NCBI GenBank assembly: GCA_047651235.1
Contig: CP178758.1
Span: forward strand, 1,290,001 to 1,322,000
Length of the DNA stretch: 32,000 nt
DNA from: Candidatus Electrothrix yaqonensis
GTDB taxonomy: Bacteria; Desulfobacterota; Desulfobulbia; Desulfobulbales; Desulfobulbaceae
Reading direction: 5' to 3'
The notes beneath the pieces are model-generated. The model did not search any database. It worked only from the letters and a program-made list of their open reading frames with translations, and was not told where the DNA came from. The translations under genes and the position numbers were made by a program. Below are positions 18,516 to 25,203 of the stretch, in pieces. Every line of letters starts with the position of its first letter. The first letter of the stretch is position 1.

Positions 18516-19412
18516 TCAGCAGAGAAGGTTGCGCAGGGCTGTTTCAAGCTCAGGCGCTCTGAACGGATAGCCGGACTCCAGCAGCTTTGCCGGATAGACT
18601 CTGGTGCTGGCCAGCACCAGTTCCCTGGCCATTTCGCCGAAGAGCAGAGAGAGGAGAAAGCCGGGCACAGGCAGAAAGGCCGGGCGTCGCAGCACGTTGG
18701 CCAATATTTTCGTGAACTGTGCATTGGTGACCGGATGCGGCGCAACCGCGTTGACCGGCCCGTGGAGTTTTTCCTGCTCAAGGACATGTAGGATAATTTC
18801 CCCGATTTCCCGGATGCTGATCCAGCTCATATACTGTCTGCCGTTGCCCATAGGACCGCCGATCCCTAATAATCTGAACGGGGGCAGCATCTTTGCCAGC
18901 CCGCCGCCCGCAGGACTGAGCACCATCCCGAACCTGAGCTGCACCACCCGGATACCCGCCTCCGCTGCCGGTACGGTTGCCTTTTCCCAGGCATCCGCAA
19001 CATCAGCAAGAAAGCCTGCACCTCGACCGGCTGTTTCGTCTAACTGCTCTGCCCCCCGATCACCGTAAAATCCGACAGCAGAGGCGGAAATGATGATTCT
19101 GGGTCTGTACTCGGCAGAGGCAAAAAACTCGGCAAGCAGATGGGTGCCGTCCACCCTGCTCCGGAGAATTCGTTCCTTTTTTGCTGCGGTCCAGCGGCCC
19201 TGAGCAATGTTTTCCCCGGCAAGGTGAATAACTGCGTCAATTCCAGTATCAGCAGGATCAGTGCCCAGCTCAATGATTTTTCTGTCCGTATCCCAATACG
19301 GAGGCCGGGTAGTCTTCCGCTGCAGAGCGAGCACCTGATGCCCCTGTGCGGCAAGAAAACGGGAGACCTCGCTGCCCACCAGACCAGAGGCGCCGGAAAC
19401 AAGTATCTTCAT
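18516..19412 (-). CDS. TIGR01777/YfcH-like epimerase-family SDR (with DUF1731-type C-terminus)
   Basis: N-terminal MKILVSGASGLVGS Rossmann motif. The C-terminus VYPAKLLESGYPFRAPELETALRNLL is typical of the family. ATG 19412 is preferred over the ORF start at 19460. Confidence 0.8.
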   Translation of the reverse strand: MKILVSGASGLVGSEVSRFLAAQGHQVLALQRKTTRPPYWDTDRKIIELGTDPADTGIDAVIHLAGENIAQGRWTAAKKERILRSRVDGTHLLAEFFASAEYRPRIIISASAVGFYGDRGAEQLDETAGRGAGFLADVADAWEKATVPAAEAGIRVVQLRFGMVLSPAGGGLAKMLPPFRLLGIGGPMGNGRQYMSWISIREIGEIILHVLEQEKLHGPVNAVAPHPVTNAQFTKILANVLRRPAFLPVPGFLLSLLFGEMARELVLASTRVYPAKLLESGYPFRAPELETALRNLLC

Positions 19413-19502
19413 ATGCTTTTTAGAAGCTGTTTTAACATTTCCCGGCTCGCCTGATATCACACGGGATGCGGCAGATACGGAACGAACAATATATTTTCTT
19501 TT

Positions 19503-20453
19503 TTAATGATTTTGACTTGTTAACCAAACTTTGATGGCTTCTATACGGAGAGATTTACCACGGGTACCTGCGAATTCTCCATTTTCAAGAATTTCAGTGT
19601 CACCTATTTTTTCTATATGTGCTTGGTAGTAAATATTGTATTGTGATGCATGAGTTCCTTTAAGTAAAATCTTAAATCCTTCCAGTCTTCTTTCTTCACC
19701 CTTTGTTCCACAGAATTCTCCGTCTGAGAAAGGTCCTTGGTACCCTTGGCCTCCCTCTATATGGCAATAGTATTCTAAATTAATATTTCTATCTTTTAAT
19801 TGTCGAGGAAGTTTAATATTAAATCCTTCTATTCTTCTTTGTTCTCCTTTTGTTCCGCACCAATCTCCATCTTTACAGACAATGTTTCCTTGTCCTTCTA
19901 AGTGTACTAATATAGGTAAAACTTGTTTTTCATTTTTTTGCATTGATTTTTTTCGTATTGATTGAGCATAAACCTCATTAATATTTACTAATGATTTTAC
20001 TTTTCTATAAATATTTGAAATCGTTATATTGTTATTATTATCAGGATCGATTAATATGTCGTAATTTGATGCTTTAAAAGCATTTGCTATTGGTTTTGGT
20101 CCAAAATAAGAAAAATCACCGATAATCTTTCCTTTATTATCTTTTATATAAATTGTATTTTTTGTCGGGATGAAACCCGTAACAGGAAGCATCCAGTACC
20201 CATTTTTATTTGTACGGAATTCTTGATTTCCTTTGATCAGGATATAGTCTTTACCTTGAATTTTTCCTCCAAAATCATTATCTGCTATAAACAAATGGCC
20301 TTCTATATATGTTGGTGCAATTGACGTATATAGTAAAATTGTACAAATCAAGATAGCGACAAGGATTACTATTAAATTTTTTAATATTTGCGGTAAGGTA
20401 TCGAATTTGCGATCAAGAAATCTTAATAAGGATTGTATTATGGTATTTGACAT
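19503..20453 (-). CDS. membrane-anchored protein with a CarboxypepD_reg-like segment and three C-terminal ChW-like repeats
   Basis: N-terminal TM segment LIVILVAILICTILLY. The three repeats are ...CGTKGEQRRIEGFNIKL, ...CGTKGEERRLEGFKILL and YYQAHIEKIGDTEILENGEFAGTRGKSLRIEAIKVWL. SD AGGAG is 9 nt before ATG 20453, whereas the ORF ATG at 20462 abuts the SD. Confidence 0.7.
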   Translation of the reverse strand: MSNTIIQSLLRFLDRKFDTLPQILKNLIVILVAILICTILLYTSIAPTYIEGHLFIADNDFGGKIQGKDYILIKGNQEFRTNKNGYWMLPVTGFIPTKNTIYIKDNKGKIIGDFSYFGPKPIANAFKASNYDILIDPDNNNNITISNIYRKVKSLVNINEVYAQSIRKKSMQKNEKQVLPILVHLEGQGNIVCKDGDWCGTKGEQRRIEGFNIKLPRQLKDRNINLEYYCHIEGGQGYQGPFSDGEFCGTKGEERRLEGFKILLKGTHASQYNIYYQAHIEKIGDTEILENGEFAGTRGKSLRIEAIKVWLTSQNH

Positions 20454-20853
20454 GGTTCGCATCTCCTATTTTCAGAAAAAATGATTTTAACCCTCTTTTT
20501 AAAAAAAAAACACACGTTACACTTAAATTCTCAAGAAGAATCTTCTGTCACCATATAAAAAAAGTCCCCCGCCGATATCATAGCCCAAAATCAGACTACA
20601 CAGCGACGGGGCACAGAGAAGCGGGTTGCGGACCAACACAACCCGCCCGGGGGATCAACAGCGACCTGCCGAAAATAGCGTGAATTTTTCAGCCACCGGA
20701 AAGTTCAGAACGAACATTCTCCGTAAAAGTTACAAGAATTACAGAAAAGGATCAACCAGTTTAATCCCGGAATATAGTGATTTCAGCTTGAATGAGTATC
20801 AATTGTAGGTTGATAACCTATTGATTATAGATGTCTATAAAGTCAAATATTGA

Positions 20854-20881
20854 TTGTCACTCAAATTGAAACTGCTATAAT
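20854..20881 (+). promoter_or_regulatory. candidate sigma-70 promoter of the mntA/hepT module
   Basis: TTGTCA-N16-TATAAT. It is bracketed by 9-bp direct repeats ACTCAAATT (20859-20867 and 20892-20900), with the palindrome TATAGAtgTCTATA at 20826-20839 just upstream. Confidence 0.4.
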
Positions 20882-21031
20882 ACTGTCCCGAACTCAAATT
20901 CTCAGAGTGAAAGCCTCCCTCCAACGTTGTTACCAGTCTTCCCGGAAACGATCTTGCACCATGCTGATAAATATGGCAGCATGAGAAAAAGGATTATCAG
21001 CTCTGTCACACTCTACATTCGACATGAAATA

Positions 21032-21284
21032 ATGATTGATTTTAAACAATACCAAAATGGTATCAACATAATCTGCGAAAAATATCAGGTAAAGAGCCTA
21101 AGTGTTTTCGGCAGCGCGACCTCTGAACAGCCCCCGCAATGGAATGAAACGATACATGAATATTAAATTTGAACTGGAAGCCCTATTCTCCCGTCCTGTT
21201 GACCTTGTCATGCCACAGGCAATAAAGAACAAGCGCATCAGAAAGTACATTTTTTCAGAAACGAGGCAACTCTATGCCGCATGA
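21032..21284 (+). pseudogene. mntA: MntA-type nucleotidyltransferase antitoxin, internally deleted and frameshifted
   Basis: The N-terminal part MIDFKQYQNGINIICEKYQVKSLSVFGSATSEQ is in one frame and stops at 21164-21166. The C-terminal part YMNIKFELEALFSRPVDLVMPQAIKNKRIRKYIFSETRQLYAA is in another frame. The expected ~20-aa segment carrying the SDxD(F/L)LV catalytic motif is absent between them. Confidence 0.65.
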
Positions 21285-21588
21285 TCCTCTGGTCTGTATT
21301 GAAGATGCGGTTACTGCCTGCGAGCTGATCGTTCAGTTTACGCTTGATATGGGAGAAGTGGAGTACGCTGCAGATCTGAAAACACAGTCAGCGGTTGAAA
21401 GGCAGTTTGAAATAATAGGTGAAGCGCTTAACAGAATCAAGAGGATTGATCCCGGCCTGCTTGATCGCATTGATAATTGGCGAGAGATTATCGGGTTCAG
21501 AAATGTAATCGCCCACGGTTACGATGTCATCGCAAATGAAATAGTCTGGAATTCCGTCAAAGAAGATATTCCTGTGCAGCTTACTTAG
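21274..21588 (+). CDS. hepT: HepT-like (DUF86) RNase toxin of a type VII TA module
   Basis: 104 aa with an intact Rx4HxY motif (FRNVIAHGY). Its ATG overlaps the upstream mntA stop (ATGCCGCATGA). Confidence 0.8.
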   Translation: MPHDPLVCIEDAVTACELIVQFTLDMGEVEYAADLKTQSAVERQFEIIGEALNRIKRIDPGLLDRIDNWREIIGFRNVIAHGYDVIANEIVWNSVKEDIPVQLT

Positions 21589-21790
21589 TTGAAATATATG
21601 CTCAATACGTAATTGAGCCGAAACAGACCCGCCTCAACTCTTTGACTCAGATCCTCAGAATATATGCTGCCGCATCCGCCCGCTTCAGCCGCACTGATAA
21701 TGCAGGAATCCCAAGAACTGATACCGTAGCTGCTCCTGATTTCTATCGCACGCCGGATCAGAGCAGGCTTCAGGAACACAATATAGAGAC
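21585..21790 (-). pseudogene. 3' fragment of a PIN-domain (VapC-like) toxin gene
   Basis: LKPALIRRAIEIRSSYGISSWDSCIISAAEAGGCGSIYSEDLS resembles the C-terminal half of PIN toxins (..SxWDalIxaAAxxxGCxxlySEDl). No PIN N-terminal acidic motif occurs upstream in frame. Confidence 0.35.
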
Positions 21791-21981
21791 GTGACAGCAA
21801 GAAAGCCTTCTGTACAACTCCCATCCCGGCTCGACGGGCCGGAACAGCAGGACGGAAAAATATTGACAGCCCTGCCCTCCCATGCTTCAATACCTTTTAA
21901 TAATCTTAGGTAATAGTGATATTTCTTTTCAACTCCAACTAACGTGCTGTTCCGGACGCACGAATATCTTATCAGGTTCAC

Positions 21982-23478
21982 ATGGTTTCGACATCGAAAA
22001 ACAGGCCTCCGGCAAAGCAGAAATCTGCAGAACATAAACATCCTGCTGACCGCGTTCAGCAGGAAGACACAACAAAGGCGCACCGGAAGTCCAATACAAC
22101 CAGGAAAAAGAAAAATACAATCTGGGCGTTTCTGGCCTCGGTCAAGCTGGCCCTGTTTCTGATCGCACTTCTTGCCTCCACCTCCATCATCGGCACGGTT
22201 ATCCAGCAGAATAAAGAGCCGGAACATTATGTGGAACAATGGGGTGCAGGAGCAGCCAAGCTGATCCAGATGCTCCATTTTCATGATATGTACAACTCTG
22301 TCTGGTTTCTTGCCCTGCTCGGGGCATTCAGTCTGAACCTGATCGTCTGCACCCTGGACCGCCTGCCGACCGTAAACAAGATTGTGCGCCGGGATAATCT
22401 GGCCACAAGTCCGGAACGGCTGCCGAAAATGCAGCTGCATACAGAACAGCAAATCGGCGGTTCCTTGACCTCGGCAAAAGAAGAGGTGGTCCGTTACCTT
22501 GCCCGGAAGGGCTGGAAATCTGAGAGCCGCGAGCAGCAAGCCGGGACGCTGCTCTTTGCCCAGAAAGGCGCCTGGACCCGCTACGGTGTCTATGTGGTGC
22601 ACATTTCTATTCTGGTCATCCTGATCGGTGCCATCATCGGCTCTTCGACCGTGGCGGAAAAAATACTGAAAAAGCCGGAATTCGCCTTCAAAGGCGGTGT
22701 TTCTCTGCCGGAAACCGCACAAAGCAATTTTATTTTTTCCTATTCACAGGACAGCAAAGGCAGCAAAATCCCCCTCGGCTTTACAGTGCGCTGCGATTTT
22801 TTTACTATTCACTATTACCCCGGCACCAGGATGCCCAAGGATTATGTCTCCGGCCTGACCGTGCTGGAGAACGGCGAGGAGGTACTGTCCAAAATTATCG
22901 AGGTCAATAAGCCCCTGACCTACAAGGGGGTGACTTTTTACCAGTCCAGTTATAATCAGTCGAGCAGCTCGGTGATCAGATTAAAAAATCAGAGCACCGG
23001 CGCAGTGCATGTCTTTCCGATTGACCCCAGGCAGCTCAATGAAATCCACCAATGGCAGGACGGTGATCTGAGCGGCATGATACGCATTCAATCGGCCCAT
23101 ACTGCAGTGAATATCTGGATGATGGACTCAGCAGGCGAACCTTCCATGTTCTCTGTCCCGTATGACACGTCGGTTATTGTGGAACGGCCATCGACAAAGT
23201 ACGAACTCCGCATCGGCCCCCATTTTGCTACCGGCCTGCAGGTGGCTAAAGATCCGGGCGTCTGGTGGGTGTACACCGGGTGCGGCCTGATGCTGATCGG
23301 TCTGTATATGGCATTTTTTATGTCCCATCGCAGAATATGGGCCCATGTCTACGAACTGGACGGACAGACAATGGTGCTTTTTGCAGGCAATGCCAACAAA
23401 AACAAGCTGGGGTTTGCAAAAGTATTTTCCGCCCTGACGGACGGCTTTCAGGAGAGGAAAAAACAGACTGCCGAATAA
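21982..23478 (+). CDS. resB: system II cytochrome c biogenesis protein ResB/Ccs1
   Basis: IWAFLASVKLALFLIALLASTSIIGTVIQQ is the typical ResB N-terminal TM region. It has a large periplasmic domain and C-terminal TM segments. It is preceded by a ~45-aa basic extension. Confidence 0.85.
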   Translation: MVSTSKNRPPAKQKSAEHKHPADRVQQEDTTKAHRKSNTTRKKKNTIWAFLASVKLALFLIALLASTSIIGTVIQQNKEPEHYVEQWGAGAAKLIQMLHFHDMYNSVWFLALLGAFSLNLIVCTLDRLPTVNKIVRRDNLATSPERLPKMQLHTEQQIGGSLTSAKEEVVRYLARKGWKSESREQQAGTLLFAQKGAWTRYGVYVVHISILVILIGAIIGSSTVAEKILKKPEFAFKGGVSLPETAQSNFIFSYSQDSKGSKIPLGFTVRCDFFTIHYYPGTRMPKDYVSGLTVLENGEEVLSKIIEVNKPLTYKGVTFYQSSYNQSSSSVIRLKNQSTGAVHVFPIDPRQLNEIHQWQDGDLSGMIRIQSAHTAVNIWMMDSAGEPSMFSVPYDTSVIVERPSTKYELRIGPHFATGLQVAKDPGVWWVYTGCGLMLIGLYMAFFMSHRRIWAHVYELDGQTMVLFAGNANKNKLGFAKVFSALTDGFQERKKQTAE

Positions 23479-23541
23479 GCTCCTTCAACTGAAGACAACA
23501 GAAATGACCCCAAAAAAATAAATACCTATCGGATACTCATA

Positions 23542-24402
23542 ATGAACAGCTCACAACTCTTCGGCATCACGACCATAGCATACCTGCTGTCAACGGTTTT
23601 CTATATCGGCCTGCTGGTCTTTCATAACAAGAAAGTCGGGTTCGTCGGCCTGGGCCTTGCCATTCTCGGCGTCCTGACCCAGACTGCCGCTCTCGGCCTG
23701 CGCTGGCACGAGTCCTATCAGATCGACATCGGCCACGCCCCTTTGACCAATCTTTACGAATCACTGGTTTTCTTTGCCTGGTGTACAGCTCTGTTCTATA
23801 TTCTGCTGGAATTCAAATTCAAGGCACAGGTCCTTGGCGCCTTTGTCATGCCCTTTGCCTTCACGGCAATGGCCTATGCTTCGTTGTCCAGCACGATGAA
23901 CCAGGATATCACCCCGTTGGTTCCTGCGCTGCAGTCCAACTGGCTGATTGCCCATGTAATCACCTGTTTTATCGGCTACAGTGCCTTTGCTGCAGCCTGT
24001 GGTCTAGGTGTCGTCTATCTGCTGAAACATTTTTCCCGCAAACAACAGCCGCAACAGAAAAAACGGCCCGATACTCCGGGCACACTGCCTGATCTGCCCG
24101 TGCTTGATGACCTGATTCATAAAACAATTATCTTCGGCTTTATGTGGCTGACCGCAGGGATCATCACCGGTGCTGTCTGGGCCAACGAGGCATGGGGAAC
24201 CTACTGGAGCTGGGATCCCAAGGAGACCTGGTCCATTATTACCTGGTTTGTCTATGCCCTGACCTTACACGCCCGGTTCACCAGAGGATGGGACGGTGCC
24301 CGTATCGCCTGGCTATCTATTGTCGGATTTGCCTCTGTTTTCTTCACCTATTTCGGGGTCAATCTGATATTGAGCGGACTGCACAGCTACGGGGCCAGCT
24401 GA
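23542..24402 (+). CDS. ccsA: system II cytochrome c biogenesis protein CcsA/ResC (haem handling, WWD domain)
   Basis: Tryptophan-rich motif WANEAWGTYWSWDPKETWS. The protein is polytopic and carries conserved His residues. Confidence 0.9.
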   Translation: MNSSQLFGITTIAYLLSTVFYIGLLVFHNKKVGFVGLGLAILGVLTQTAALGLRWHESYQIDIGHAPLTNLYESLVFFAWCTALFYILLEFKFKAQVLGAFVMPFAFTAMAYASLSSTMNQDITPLVPALQSNWLIAHVITCFIGYSAFAAACGLGVVYLLKHFSRKQQPQQKKRPDTPGTLPDLPVLDDLIHKTIIFGFMWLTAGIITGAVWANEAWGTYWSWDPKETWSIITWFVYALTLHARFTRGWDGARIAWLSIVGFASVFFTYFGVNLILSGLHSYGAS

Positions 24403-24459
24403 TCTGTAGGTCAGCTGCCAGGGAGATATGTTGTATGGTATTTTCCTGCTTTTCCCTGC

Positions 24460-24488
24460 TTGACAAAATAAATGCTATAAGCTATACA
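24460..24488 (+). promoter_or_regulatory. candidate sigma-70 promoter of the cytochrome c3 gene
   Basis: TTGACA-N17-TATACA, 70 nt upstream of ATG 24559. Confidence 0.4.
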
Positions 24489-24558
24489 CCGTGATTATGA
24501 GTTTACCAGACAACATTTTGTTGATCTTTATTATTTTTTCCACGAAGGAGGATGTAGA

Positions 24559-25041
24559 ATGAAAAAGGCGTTGATTTTCGGTGTTGCTCTTGCGTTGGTC
24601 TGCGGTGCAGGTTTCAGTAGTCTGACCACAGCGGCAGACAGGACTCCGGAAAAGAACGGAGCTGAAATTCTTAAAATGACAAACGGAACAGACGGTTCAG
24701 CAAATCCTGCCTATTTCCCGCATTGGGATCATCAGGAACGCCTGAAGGAGGAGTGCGGTAACTGTCATCATGGCAAAAATGAGGACGGTACCCAAGCAAA
24801 ATATGAGGCAGGTAAGACAGAGCATAAGCAATGCCACACATGTCATAATAAAGACGGCATCACGCTTGACGGAAAGATTTCCGGTGTTCCTCTTCCGCTC
24901 ACCTCACCCATCCAGCGCGCAGGCCACGGCCGTTGCGCAGGATGTCATAAGGATCAGACAAGCTCAACCGGCAAGAATCTGATGATGTGTACAACCTGCC
25001 ATAATGACTACAAAGATAAGTATGATGAGGCTAATAAGTAG
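24559..25041 (+). CDS. periplasmic tetrahaem cytochrome c (c3 family)
   Basis: Signal peptide MKKALIFGVALALVCGAGFSSLTTAA. Four CxxCH motifs (CGNCH, CHTCH, CAGCH, CTTCH), with extra His residues positioned for bis-His ligation. SD GAAGGAGG. Confidence 0.85.
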   Translation: MKKALIFGVALALVCGAGFSSLTTAADRTPEKNGAEILKMTNGTDGSANPAYFPHWDHQERLKEECGNCHHGKNEDGTQAKYEAGKTEHKQCHTCHNKDGITLDGKISGVPLPLTSPIQRAGHGRCAGCHKDQTSSTGKNLMMCTTCHNDYKDKYDEANK

Positions 25042-25092
25042 TCTGTTGCAACAAGCAATCAGCTTCATCAGATTATTTGTTTTTGTTGTGAT

Positions 25093-25128
25093 CTGATGAA
25101 TGCAAAAAAGCTGATGAATGCAAAAAAG
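25093..25128. repeat. 18-bp perfect tandem duplication (2 copies)
   Basis: CTGATGAATGCAAAAAAG occurs twice, at 25093-25110 and 25111-25128. Confidence 0.9.
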
Positions 25129-25159
25129 GCTGTCCGAAATGGGCAGCCTTCTCTTTTTT
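25126..25159. terminator. bidirectional rho-independent terminator between cytochrome c3 (+) and glyS (-)
   Basis: AAGGCTGTCC-gaaat-GGGCAGCCTT forms a 10-bp stem with one G-U pair. It is flanked by an A6 run on the 5' side and a T6 run on the 3' side. Confidence 0.65.
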
Positions 25160-25203
25160 CTCCCTGCTGTTGCCTTCGTTTTGCTTTCGGATTTTTCCCT
25201 ACC

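Larger units (their letters stand above)
19461..21900. other. low-GC accessory islet (foreign-looking composition, no mobility gene seen)
   Basis: Hand counts on 60-nt lines inside 19503-20453 give about 13-30% G+C, against more than 50% in flanking genes. The content is entirely accessory (see the individual features). Confidence 0.5.

Noticed and set aside
20447-20808. Two small plus-strand ORFs (78 and 60 aa) in the islet spacer
   Set aside because: They have no SD and low-complexity products. They run through the hairpin patch and overlap the ChW-like gene start. They were treated as non-coding.
21685-22722. 345-aa minus-strand ORF
   Set aside because: It is antisense to resB, whose N-terminal TM region and domain organisation are recognisable. 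The antisense product is low-complexity and Arg/Cys-rich.
25093-25128. Possible CRISPR or iteron array
   Set aside because: There are only two directly adjacent copies with no spacers, and no cas genes. It is a simple tandem duplication.
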